This document shows, one piece after another, positions 29,213 to 38,195 of a stretch of 64,000 nucleotides of DNA. Each line of letters opens with the position of its first letter. Position 1 is the first letter of the stretch. The stretch is from Planctomycetota bacterium. Lineage in GTDB: Bacteria > Planctomycetota > B15-G4 > JADJEK01. The notes under the pieces are model-generated. The model worked only from the letters and a program-made list of their open reading frames with translations. It was not told where the DNA came from and ran no database searches. The position numbers and the translations under genes were made by a program. The DNA lies in the NCBI GenBank assembly GCA_044225365.1, contig JBGAIQ010000003.1:1-64000 (forward strand), read 5' to 3'.

Positions 29213-29272
29213 CATGCCGGGCGGAACTCGGCGGTCCGCCATCCCATTGCATGCCGGGCGGAGCCCGGCGGT
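29213..29272. repeat. Pair of 23-bp REP-like direct repeats, each with a hairpin
   Basis: catgccgggcggaactcggcggt (29213-29235) and catgccgggcggagcccggcggt (29250-29272), 21/23 identical. Confidence 0.65.
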
Positions 29273-29370
29273 TCAATGAACCAAGGCGTGGAATCCGTGC
29301 GACCATTTAGGATCCCAGCGTTCCGATCGGCGCCGGTCGGAGAAGGTCGACGGATTCGTGGAGGATCGGA

Positions 29371-30495
29371 ATGCGCATACTGCACACGGCCGATTGGCAG
29401 ATCGGAATGCGCGCGAAGCACGCCGGCAAGAAAGCGGACGTCGTGCGCGAGAAGCGGCTCGAGGCTGCGGCGCGGGTCGTCGAACTCGCCAAGGAGCGGC
29501 GCGCCGACGTCCTGATCCTCGCGGGCGACACCTTCGAGGACAACGCGGTCGATGCCATCCTCGTCCGTCGAGTCGTCGACATCTTGCTGCGATCCTCGTG
29601 CCCCGTCGTCGTCCTTCCCGGGAACCACGATCCGCTCGGTCCGGGATCCATCTTCGCCCAATCGGCGTGGAGGGACGCTTTTCCCAAGGTCACGGTGCTC
29701 ACCTCCAACGAACCGGTGCAGGTCGCCGATGCGTGGATCGTGCCGAGTCCCTGCGAAGCCCGGTGGTCGAGCAGCGATCCGACACTGCGTTTCGCGCCCC
29801 CTGCGAACGACGGCCGGATCCGCATCGGAGTCGCTCACGGCTCGCTGCGCGACCACGGCTTCGAGGTGCCCGGCGACGACCATCCGATCGCCGCAACCGC
29901 GGCGGAGCGAGCCGATGTCGACTACCTCGCGCTCGGTCACTGGCACTCGACGCTCGTGCTGCCGTCGATGGAGGAGCCGCGTCTCGCATACTCCGGCACC
30001 CACGAGGCGACGAGTTTTGGAGAACGCGACAGCGGGAACTGCCTCCTCGTCACGATCGAACGCGCGGGCGGCGGCGCAATGGTCGAAGTCCTGAAGACGG
30101 GCGCATTGCACTGGGAAGCACGGGAGGAGACGTTCAAGACCGACGACGACGTCAGGCGCTTGCGAACCGAGATCGAAGCGCTCCCCACTCCGAGTTCGAC
30201 ACTCGTCCGACTGCGGCTTCACGGCGTGCTCGGTCCTTCGGGATTCGAACGCCTCCGCGAACTGATCGACGTCGCGACGGCACGCTTCCTCTCCGTCGCC
30301 GTCGACACGGAGGGCGTGATGCCCCGTCCGGAGGATGCCGAGGGTTGGCTCCGACGCGTACCGGATGGCGTGCCCCGATCGGTGGCGGAGAAACTCCTGA
30401 CCGTCGCAACGAACGGCGCCGATTCCCACGGCCGAGAAGTCGCCATGCACGCACTCACGAAGCTCCTCACTCTCGCGCAACGAGTGTCTCCGTGA
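29371..30495 (+). CDS. Mre11/SbcD-like DNA repair exonuclease (metallophosphoesterase)
   Basis: LHTADWQIG, AGDTFE, PGNHD, AHGS, ALGHWH and YSGTHE. GGAGG RBS. Confidence 0.9.
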   Translation: MRILHTADWQIGMRAKHAGKKADVVREKRLEAAARVVELAKERRADVLILAGDTFEDNAVDAILVRRVVDILLRSSCPVVVLPGNHDPLGPGSIFAQSAWRDAFPKVTVLTSNEPVQVADAWIVPSPCEARWSSSDPTLRFAPPANDGRIRIGVAHGSLRDHGFEVPGDDHPIAATAAERADVDYLALGHWHSTLVLPSMEEPRLAYSGTHEATSFGERDSGNCLLVTIERAGGGAMVEVLKTGALHWEAREETFKTDDDVRRLRTEIEALPTPSSTLVRLRLHGVLGPSGFERLRELIDVATARFLSVAVDTEGVMPRPEDAEGWLRRVPDGVPRSVAEKLLTVATNGADSHGREVAMHALTKLLTLAQRVSP

Positions 30496-33218
30496 TCCTG
30501 CGCGCCATCCGAGTCGAGTCGCTGCGCTGCTTCACGCGTCCGCTATGCATCCCTGCGCTCGACGAACGTATCACCGTACTGCACGGACCGAATGCGACCG
30601 GCAAGAGCTCGCTCCTCGCGGCGCTCGAGCGTGGACTGTTCGATCGACCCGACGGCAAGAGCAGCGAACTCCAGAAACTCGTTCCTTTCGGCGCCGAGGT
30701 TTCTCCTCGAGTGACCATCGACTTCGAACACGACGGCGTGCTCTACCGCATCGAGAAGCGGTTCATCACCCGGCCCGAGGCGATCCTCTCGCGCGCGATC
30801 GACCCGAACTCTCCGACCTGCAAATGGGAATCCTGGAAGGAGGGCGAAGCGGCGGTCGATTTCGTCCGTGAGATCCTGGGCGGTCGCGCTCCAGGCCTCG
30901 GAGCGACGAAATCCAAACATCGTGGACTCGCGCAAGTGCTCTTCGTCCAGCAGGGCGAGGTCGTTCGGGATGAGAACGAGCCGCTGGCCGAGGGCGCGGC
31001 GGAACGGCTGCGAGCGGTCGTCGGATCCGTGACGATCGACGCCGCGACTCGTGCGCTCGAGGCCGCGCTCGACGACGCCTACGACACGTTGTTCACCGAG
31101 AAGGGGAAGGACAAGGCTGGCGCTCCGGCGCTCGTATGCGAAAAGGACCTCGCCTCCGCGAAAGAGACGCTGGCGCGAGCGAGGGCTGCCTGGGAGCGCA
31201 TCGACGAGATCGCGCACGTCCTCGGGGAACTGCAGGCGCGCGTCGCCTCGCTCGAGGAACGCAAGGCTCAGCTCGCCGCGGAACGCGAGCTCCTGAAGCC
31301 TCGAGTCGCCTCCCATGCCCGACTCCGCCGCGAGTGCGACGACAAGAAGCGGATGTTGGAGGACGCGCGCCGCGCGTTCGACAAGATCGCGAAGGACATC
31401 GAGACGATTCGCAAGACTCGCGAGTCGGTCGCGGAGTGGGAGCGGCGCGTCGAGACGCTGGCGCGCGACGAGTCCGCGGCGGCCATCGCGGCGAACGATG
31501 CGCGGCATGCCCACGAAGGGGCCGTGCGGGCGCGCCAGGCGCACGACGAACGGCGGAGCTCGTTGCGGGAAGAACGCCGTCGCGCCGAAGAGGCGAAGGA
31601 GTTCGAGCGCGCGCGCGCCGAGATCGCGAGCGCGGGTCCGCGCCTCGAACGGATCCGCTCTCTCACGCAGGAGCGAGCGAGCATCGCCGCGCGCCTCGCT
31701 GCCGCAAAGGCGCCGTCGGGACAAAGGATCAAGGCATTGCGCGACGCCCTCGCCGAGGAGCGTAGTTGCCGTGAGGCGCTCAGCGCGTTGAAGCTACGGA
31801 TCCGGCTCGAGGCGAAGCGGCCCCTTCGACTCGATGCCGGTCCGGAATCGCTCGAGATGCAGGCGGGCGAGGTTCGTGAGATCCACTTCGAGGGGTCGGG
31901 CACGCTCTCGATCGACGACCGTGCGATCCTCGGGATCTTCGGTCCGACGAAGGACGTTGCGGCAGCGAAGCAGAGTCATCTCGTCTCCCTCGAAAAGATC
32001 GACGTGCTCGCCGTCGAGCTCGGCTCTTCGAATCCGGAAGAGCTCGAGGAGCGGCGCGCGCGCGAGAAATCGCTGGAGAGCGAGCACCGGGAGGTTACCG
32101 CCCGTCTCGGTGAGCAGTTGCGCAACGGGGAGACGGAGGAGTCGCTCGCCCGAAACGTCGAGCAGGCGCGGACCCGGCTCGAAGACCTCCTCGAAGTGCA
32201 TCCCGGATGGCGCGACACGCCGCCCGACGCCGACGGTCTCAAGCAGGCCATCTCCGACGCGGAGCGAGAATTCGACATCGCGCGAACGCGCCTCGAAGGT
32301 GCAGAGGCGGCGCGGAAGCAGGATCGGGTCGGGCGCGACGATGCACTCGAGGAGTGTCGGACGCGACTCGGCGCCGCGCGGACGGAGCTGGCGCAGGAGA
32401 AGGGCCGATTGAGGACGCTCGTCGAGGACGGCCTCACCGACGAACGACGCGAGGAACTGCGCTACGAGGCATCACGGGCTCGGCAGGGCGCGGAGGATTC
32501 GGTGCGCCTCACCCAGGAGGCCCTCCTCGAATTCGACGACGATCCGGCGAAGCAGGACCAGCGCCTCGAGAACGAGCAGCGAGCGTTGAACGACGAGCTC
32601 CCGAAGCAGGCGAAGGAGCTCGGCCGCCGCGAGGACGAGATGCGGCAGGCCTCGAGCGAGGCTCCCTACTCGGCTCTCGCCCGCTGCGAGGAGTCCGTGG
32701 CATTCCTGGAGGGTGAACTCGTGCGTCTTCGGATCGAGTCCGATGCCACCCGTCTCCTCCACGACCTGTTCGCGAGCGAGCGGAAGGCCACCGTCGACAG
32801 GCTCGTCGCTCCGATCTCGGCGCGCGTGATGCCGCGCCTGCGTCTGCTCGCCGGACCGAGCGTCGAGGCCATCTCCTTCGACGAGCAGTTCCGGCCGAGC
32901 AAGGTTCGAATCCGCGGCGTCCCCGATCCCGTGGAACCCGACTCGCTGTCGTTCGGCACCCGCGACCAACTCGCGCTGCTCGTACGTCTCGCGCTCGGCG
33001 AGATCGTCGCGAACGGCCGCCGACTTCCCGCGGTGCTCGACGATCCCATGGTCCACGCCGATCGCAGCCGGATCCGCCGCTTCCTCGCAGTACTCGAGGA
33101 CGCGAGCCAGCACCTCCAGCTCATCCTGCTCACGTGCCGGCCGGAGGACTATCAGGGCCTCACCGGCGCGAAGTTCATCGATCTCGCCTCGCTGGTCCAG
33201 GGGTCGGGTGGATCGTGA
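30492..33218 (+). CDS. Rad50/SbcC-like (YhaN-like) coiled-coil ATPase
   Basis: Walker A GPNATGKS, long coiled coil, signature LSFGTRDQ and Walker B VLDDP. GTGA overlap with the nuclease. Confidence 0.9.
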   Translation: MILRAIRVESLRCFTRPLCIPALDERITVLHGPNATGKSSLLAALERGLFDRPDGKSSELQKLVPFGAEVSPRVTIDFEHDGVLYRIEKRFITRPEAILSRAIDPNSPTCKWESWKEGEAAVDFVREILGGRAPGLGATKSKHRGLAQVLFVQQGEVVRDENEPLAEGAAERLRAVVGSVTIDAATRALEAALDDAYDTLFTEKGKDKAGAPALVCEKDLASAKETLARARAAWERIDEIAHVLGELQARVASLEERKAQLAAERELLKPRVASHARLRRECDDKKRMLEDARRAFDKIAKDIETIRKTRESVAEWERRVETLARDESAAAIAANDARHAHEGAVRARQAHDERRSSLREERRRAEEAKEFERARAEIASAGPRLERIRSLTQERASIAARLAAAKAPSGQRIKALRDALAEERSCREALSALKLRIRLEAKRPLRLDAGPESLEMQAGEVREIHFEGSGTLSIDDRAILGIFGPTKDVAAAKQSHLVSLEKIDVLAVELGSSNPEELEERRAREKSLESEHREVTARLGEQLRNGETEESLARNVEQARTRLEDLLEVHPGWRDTPPDADGLKQAISDAEREFDIARTRLEGAEAARKQDRVGRDDALEECRTRLGAARTELAQEKGRLRTLVEDGLTDERREELRYEASRARQGAEDSVRLTQEALLEFDDDPAKQDQRLENEQRALNDELPKQAKELGRREDEMRQASSEAPYSALARCEESVAFLEGELVRLRIESDATRLLHDLFASERKATVDRLVAPISARVMPRLRLLAGPSVEAISFDEQFRPSKVRIRGVPDPVEPDSLSFGTRDQLALLVRLALGEIVANGRRLPAVLDDPMVHADRSRIRRFLAVLEDASQHLQLILLTCRPEDYQGLTGAKFIDLASLVQGSGGS

Positions 33219-34240
33219 CGACTCGGGTGACGAGTGGAAGCGAGGCCCGCTTCGCGCCGGGCACGATCAACCTCGTGAACATCGGGCTCATGCTCGCGTC
33301 GCTGGTCATCGCGCTCTGCGCACCCTTCGAACTACTGCTCTTCTCGTGGGTCGCCCTCGGGCCGCTCCACTATCTGACCGAGATCTCCTGGCTCCACGAT
33401 CGGAAGTACTTCAGCCAGCGCGCGACGGATCCCTTCGTGCTGCTCGCGATCAGCGCGGCGCTCGTGCTCGGGACGTCGAGCGTGGTCGGGAAATACGCGC
33501 TCGATCCGCTCCTGCGTTGGAATCCCGAGCTGACGTTCTTGGCGCTCGGACTCGCCGCGATCTTCGCGTTCGTGCGATCGATCGGCTGGCGCGCCGTGCT
33601 CGCGGTCCCAGTGTGCCTCGTCGCCTGGGCGATCCACGGATCCCTGACATCGATCTTCGTCTTCTCGCTCTACGTCCCGACGCTGGTGCACGTCTTCCTG
33701 TTCACCGGCTGCTTCCTCCTCGTCGGCGCGAGGAAGAACCCGGCGCCGTTCGGGCTCACGGCATTCTGCGTCTTCGTCCTGTGTGGAATCGCCACGGTGC
33801 TCTCGAGCAGGCTGCCGTTGCCCTTTGCCCCGAGCGTGCTGGCGAAAGCGCACTACCACTTCGATTCCATCGTCGCGATCGTGAGTCATCATCTCGGACT
33901 CGCCGACCCCCCGGCGGGGATGGAACGCCATCCGTGGTTCCCGTTCAGCAGCCGCGAGGCGATCTTCACGTCGGGAGCGGCGATCGCGACCGCGCGCTTC
34001 GTCGCGTTCGCGTACACCTACCACTACCTGAACTGGTTCTCGAAGACTTCGATCATCCGATGGCACGCGATTCCGCGCGGCCGGGGCGTCGCGATCGTCC
34101 TGCTGTGGATCGGCGCCATCCTGCTCTATGTCGTCGATTTCGAGGTGGGCCTCGCGGTGCTCTTCTTCCTGAGCCTCGCTCACGTCCTGCTCGAGTTCCC
34201 CCTGAACCACAAGACGTTCGCCGCGCTGTTACGTCACTGA
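33215..34240 (+). CDS. Uncharacterised polytopic membrane protein with His motifs
   Basis: About 8-9 hydrophobic segments, with GPLHYLTEISWLHD, PTLVHVF, AYTYHYLNWFSKT and LAHVLLEFPLNH. GTGA overlap with the ATPase. Confidence 0.75.
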   Translation: MTTRVTSGSEARFAPGTINLVNIGLMLASLVIALCAPFELLLFSWVALGPLHYLTEISWLHDRKYFSQRATDPFVLLAISAALVLGTSSVVGKYALDPLLRWNPELTFLALGLAAIFAFVRSIGWRAVLAVPVCLVAWAIHGSLTSIFVFSLYVPTLVHVFLFTGCFLLVGARKNPAPFGLTAFCVFVLCGIATVLSSRLPLPFAPSVLAKAHYHFDSIVAIVSHHLGLADPPAGMERHPWFPFSSREAIFTSGAAIATARFVAFAYTYHYLNWFSKTSIIRWHAIPRGRGVAIVLLWIGAILLYVVDFEVGLAVLFFLSLAHVLLEFPLNHKTFAALLRH

Positions 34241-34280
34241 TCCCATGTCGCTGATCCCATGCGAGTTGGGAAGGACGAGT

Positions 34281-34355
34281 TGGAGCCGAGGATGGGATTC
34301 GAACCCACAACCCCCGCTTTACGAAAGCGGTGCTCTACCGTTGAGCTACCTCGGC
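34281..34355 (-). tRNA. tRNA-Thr(CGT)
   Basis: GCCGAGG acceptor stem, TAGCTCAACGGTAGAGC D-arm, CCGCT-TTCGTAA-AGCGG anticodon arm, GTTCGAATC T-loop and encoded CCA. Confidence 0.96.
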
Positions 34356-34468
34356 CCGAGGCGGAAGCGGAAGATTCAACCAGCGGAACGGTCGCGATGC
34401 AAGGGTTCGGCGGGCTGTGTTTCGAGCCCTGGGATCTCCAAGACCCTGAATCAACCTGAATCGGCTGT

Positions 34469-35317
34469 TCAGGCGTCCGGTACGCAGTCGAAAGTCGGAA
34501 CGGACTGCACGAGACCCTTCGCCTGCGCTCGCTTCAGCAGTTCCAGGGCGCCCTTGTGGGCGAGGTCATCGAACGCCAGCGCGCGCGGATGGACGTAGAG
34601 GCTGACGAACTTGTCGAGGATCCAGTCGTTGACGCCTCGCGCATGGCGTCGGGCCGCGGACAGCGCTTCGTCTCGGTGTTCGGCGCCCCATAGGATCGAA
34701 GCCTTCACCGCTCGCTGGATCGCCTGCGCCGCCCCGTCGTCGAGGGTTCGCCGCACGGCCACGCCGGAGAGCACGAGCGGCAGACCGCCGGAACCGAACT
34801 TCCACCACTCGCCGAGATCCTCGATCTTGAACACGCCGTAGTGGCCGAACGAGACGAGACCCTGGTCGGAGACGACGCCGCTCTCGATCCGCTGCTCCAC
34901 GATCGCCTTCAGCATGTCCTCCGCGGGCCACTCCTTCACGGAGCACTGGTCGGAGTAGAGCCGCAGGACGAGCGACTCGCTCGCGTACTTCGTGGGCCAG
35001 TGGATCAAGGTCTCGGAAGTGATCTCGAATTCGATGAAGACGCGATTCGAGACGATCAAGGGGCCGTAGCCGTCCCCGATCGAGAAACCCGAGGTCAGGT
35101 AGCGCCAATCCTTCGCGTGATCGGCATAGAAGCCGAGCGGCAGGACGGCGGCGTCGAGTTCTCCGCGCTCGGCCCGGGCGCAGAGGCCCGCGAGATCATC
35201 CTCGACGAACTCGATCGCGATGTCCGGAGTCGCGACCTTCTTCGTCGCAAGGCCATGGAACCGAAACGTCTCGTCGGGATCGCGTCGGCAGCCAAATCGA
35301 ATCGGGCGCGTGTCCAT
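34469..35317 (-). CDS. MqnA/MqnD/SBP family protein (divergent MqnD-like)
   Basis: DPDETFRFHGL, AERGELD, SIGDGYGPLIVS, DLGEWW..GLPL, ASILWG and KFVSLYV. Confidence 0.75.
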   Translation of the reverse strand: MDTRPIRFGCRRDPDETFRFHGLATKKVATPDIAIEFVEDDLAGLCARAERGELDAAVLPLGFYADHAKDWRYLTSGFSIGDGYGPLIVSNRVFIEFEITSETLIHWPTKYASESLVLRLYSDQCSVKEWPAEDMLKAIVEQRIESGVVSDQGLVSFGHYGVFKIEDLGEWWKFGSGGLPLVLSGVAVRRTLDDGAAQAIQRAVKASILWGAEHRDEALSAARRHARGVNDWILDKFVSLYVHPRALAFDDLAHKGALELLKRAQAKGLVQSVPTFDCVPDA

Positions 35318-35441
35318 CGTGCGATACTTCGTTTGGGTACGGAGAAGGATTCGGGGGAGAGTGTACGGCGAAGGAGTGCTCGATGCCGCCGGGTTCTTGG
35401 GATTCGCGATGCCAAGATCGCATTTGCGTTCCTCGAACGAT

Positions 35442-36149
35442 TCATCGATCTGCTTGGAGTGACTCCGCTATTGCGAGAGTGCAACGATTCGCCGGCCGCC
35501 GAAACAATCGCTCGCAACGATCGATCGCGGATTTCGCGGCCGATTCGACCTCCGACTCGGCGGCGGGGGCGAGGAAGACGGCCACCAAGAGCGAACGCGT
35601 GGCGGGGGTCGGGCGAGCACGCAGAGCCGTGATCCCGGCCGCGAGGAACGGGCCCGCCTCGTCGAAGAGTGCGACGCGACCGCGCAGATCGAGGCGATGC
35701 TCGATCGGTGCTTCGCCTCGCGAAGGGAGCGTGAGTCGCTCCGATTCGCGACCGAATCTCACCGCCAAGGAACCGCATCGAGCCGCACCATCGGCGACGC
35801 CCACCGGGTGCATCAACTCGAGCGCGAGGGCATGTTCCAGTTCGATGCCGGGTTCGGGCTCCGGCGGAACCGCGCTGCGCAGCGCCCGCGCGATCAGCGA
35901 CTCGGCGCCGAACCTACGTTGAGCCGCGTCGGCACCGAGCGCGTCGAAGAGCTCCTTGCATTGCGACACTCCTGGCACTGCGGTGGCGGCAAGGTCGCGA
36001 AACGCGCCCCGCAGCGAAGAGAATCGCTGGATCGCGATCGCGCGGAGACTCGGAGCCAGCAATGGAAGATCGATCTCATCCCACTCGGCGACCACTGCAC
36101 GGGCGACCGCGGCCGTGATGCGATCGGTCGACGCGATCAGCTCCCGCAA
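35442..36149 (-). CDS. Divergent stand-alone B3/B4 (PheT editing-like) domain protein
   Basis: LFDALGAD..RFGAESLIAR, LELMHPVGVAD, VRFGRESE, GRVALFDEAGPF and TPATRSLLVAVF resemble B3/4 proteins. GGAGG lies 6 nt before TTG 36149. Confidence 0.5.
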   Translation of the reverse strand: MRELIASTDRITAAVARAVVAEWDEIDLPLLAPSLRAIAIQRFSSLRGAFRDLAATAVPGVSQCKELFDALGADAAQRRFGAESLIARALRSAVPPEPEPGIELEHALALELMHPVGVADGAARCGSLAVRFGRESERLTLPSRGEAPIEHRLDLRGRVALFDEAGPFLAAGITALRARPTPATRSLLVAVFLAPAAESEVESAAKSAIDRCERLFRRPANRCTLAIAESLQADR

Positions 36150-36832
36150 TCCACGCCTCCGGAATCGCGACGGCGGCGGCGATGGATCTCCCACAAGCGG
36201 CGGCTCATGTGATCTCGATTGCGATCCTCCTCGAGTTCACGAAGGAGGACGCCGAGCCGTTCGACGATGTCGTCGGCTTCGATGAGGCGCTGGCGGACGT
36301 CGACGTCGGGATCGAGCACGACGGCGAGCCGCCACGGAAGATCTCGCGCTGTGATGAGTTCGTCCACCTCGCAACCGAGACGATGCAACGCCCGCCGGAA
36401 CGGCTCGAGACGATCGCGAATCGTGATCAGCAATTCGGCGTGCCGCTCTGCATTCGAATTCGTCTCCTCGAGATCGACGAGGCGACCGAGACGATAGGGC
36501 ATGTTCTTCACGACTTCGGCGAGGCGCGCACGAGCGATCCCTCGCAGCACGATCTCCGAGGTTCCGTCGGGCATCCCCCGATGCGTCACGATCTCACCGA
36601 CGCCCATGCACGGATGGACGGCGGGATTGCCGTGATACTCCGCCTCGAATCCCGGCATGAGACGCGCGATCGCGATGAGCCGTTCGCCCTCGAGCGCATC
36701 GGCGAGCATGCGGCGATAGCGCGACTCGAAGATCCGCAACGCCATCGAGTCGCCCGGGAGTAGGCAGACTTCGGGAAGCGCGAAGATCGGCACGAGTCCG
36801 GTCGCGGAAGCTACGAGGAGAGGGGTCGTCAT
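36137..36832 (-). CDS. LON peptidase substrate-binding (N-terminal) domain protein
   Basis: PIFALPEVCLLPG..LRIFESRYRRML, GVGEI, PDG and RQRLIE..RL. No ATPase or protease domain. Confidence 0.85.
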   Translation of the reverse strand: MTTPLLVASATGLVPIFALPEVCLLPGDSMALRIFESRYRRMLADALEGERLIAIARLMPGFEAEYHGNPAVHPCMGVGEIVTHRGMPDGTSEIVLRGIARARLAEVVKNMPYRLGRLVDLEETNSNAERHAELLITIRDRLEPFRRALHRLGCEVDELITARDLPWRLAVVLDPDVDVRQRLIEADDIVERLGVLLRELEEDRNRDHMSRRLWEIHRRRRRDSGGVDCGS

Positions 36833-36882
36833 TCTTCTTCGTTCACGCCAAGGAACCCAGCGAACCTCGTTCCTCCACGGGG

Positions 36883-37026
36883 TCAAGGGTCGGAGCAGTC
36901 GCGCTGGTAACCACAATTCGGACAGATCAGTCGGCAATGAAGAGAGTACATCGGGACCGAGCAGAAATCACATTTCGGTGGATCTCCGCCTTCGCGGGAT
37001 CGCGGGCTCGATGCGTCCTTCATCAT
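36883..37026 (-). CDS. Small CPxCG-type zinc finger protein (47 aa)
   Basis: CDFC..M..HCRLICPNCGYQRDCSDP. TACGAT -10 lies 8 nt upstream of the ATG. Confidence 0.75.
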   Translation of the reverse strand: MMKDASSPRSREGGDPPKCDFCSVPMYSLHCRLICPNCGYQRDCSDP

Positions 37027-37151
37027 CGTCGACCATCGTACATCATGTTCCCGCATGTCGAGGTCGCGCACCACTGCCGCGTGGTTCTTTGCGCCGAGTG
37101 CCCGACCGGTAGAATCTCGACTTCGAAACGCGACTCGAGAACCGACGAATC

Positions 37152-38177
37152 ATGCACCATCCACTCCTCGCCCCCATCCTTGCGACTCTCGCCCTCGCGA
37201 CGTTCTCCCCGACGGCCCCGGCGCCTGCCCAGAAGGAGGAGACGAAGAAGCAAGCGACGGCTGCCCCATTCGAGATCCTCGGCGCGGTCAACGGCCCCGT
37301 GCTGCGGTTCGACACCATGGCGAACGAAGCGCGCGTGTTCTGCTTCGTGAAGCTGAAGGAGAACGAGAGTCTCTTCTATCTCGAGAAGTTCGATCAGCTC
37401 AGCGACGAGTTCGCGTTCGATCCCGTCGAATTCGTCGCGATCTCCTCCGAACCGAAGGACGAGGTCGAGAAGACCGTGAAGAACGAGAGCGTCGTGACAC
37501 CGATCCTGCTCGCGGGGAAGGACGCCGGCGTGAAGGACTACGGGCTGTACAAGTTCCCCGGCGTGATCGTCGTGGACGGCGCGGGAAAGATCCGCTTCTC
37601 GGGGTTCCCGGGGGATCCGGGCGCGATGCGCGACGCGATCCGCGAGGCAATGGTGATCTCGAACGTCGTGCCGGATCTGCCGGCGGCGAGCAAGCCGATC
37701 AGCAAGCTGTTCGAACGCTACGCGTTGGGTGATGCGACGAAGGCGATCGAAAAGGACCTCGCGAAGCCCAAACTCGCCGAGGCCGACAAAGCGAAGCTCG
37801 AGGGTGCGAAGGCCCGTGCCGGAATGCTCGCGACCCGCCTCTCCGGCGCTGCGAAACGTTTCGAGAAGGCCGAGGACTGGCCTCGTCTCGTGATCGCGCT
37901 GAGCCGCCTCGACAAGGACTGCGTCGGCATGCCCGAAGCCGAGGGCGCGAAAGCGCGACTCGACGCACTGAAATCCAAGAGCGACTCGGACAAGGCTTTC
38001 GCCGCCGAGTTCAACGTGGCGACCGAGTGCGCGAAGGCCGAGCGCTTCGAACGCGACAAGGACTGGAAGAAGGCGTATTCCACCTACGCGGCCGCCGCAA
38101 AGACTGGCGAATCGAAGAGCGCGAAGTACGCCGCGAACAAGGCCGACGGCTTGAAGCAGCGCGCGGGCGTGAAGTGA
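37152..38177 (+). CDS. Secreted hypothetical protein (thioredoxin-like fold without CxxC, plus helical domain)
   Basis: Signal peptide, FVAISSE..YGLYKFPGVIVVDGAGKIRFSG, and strong GC3 codon usage. TAGAAT at 37110. Confidence 0.65.
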   Translation: MHHPLLAPILATLALATFSPTAPAPAQKEETKKQATAAPFEILGAVNGPVLRFDTMANEARVFCFVKLKENESLFYLEKFDQLSDEFAFDPVEFVAISSEPKDEVEKTVKNESVVTPILLAGKDAGVKDYGLYKFPGVIVVDGAGKIRFSGFPGDPGAMRDAIREAMVISNVVPDLPAASKPISKLFERYALGDATKAIEKDLAKPKLAEADKAKLEGAKARAGMLATRLSGAAKRFEKAEDWPRLVIALSRLDKDCVGMPEAEGAKARLDALKSKSDSDKAFAAEFNVATECAKAERFERDKDWKKAYSTYAAAAKTGESKSAKYAANKADGLKQRAGVK

Positions 38178-38195
38178 CGCGAGTCGCCGCAGCGA

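Noticed and set aside
29358-30491. N-terminal 378 aa of the 1286-aa ORF, suggesting a nuclease-ATPase fusion
   Set aside because: It is an off-frame overlap with the Mre11-like gene. The ATPase starts at GTG 30492.
34237-34310. tRNA-anchored genomic island / att site; 11-bp direct repeat ctgatcccatg
   Set aside because: I found no second copy of the tRNA 3' end and no integrase in the window. The short repeat is not informative.
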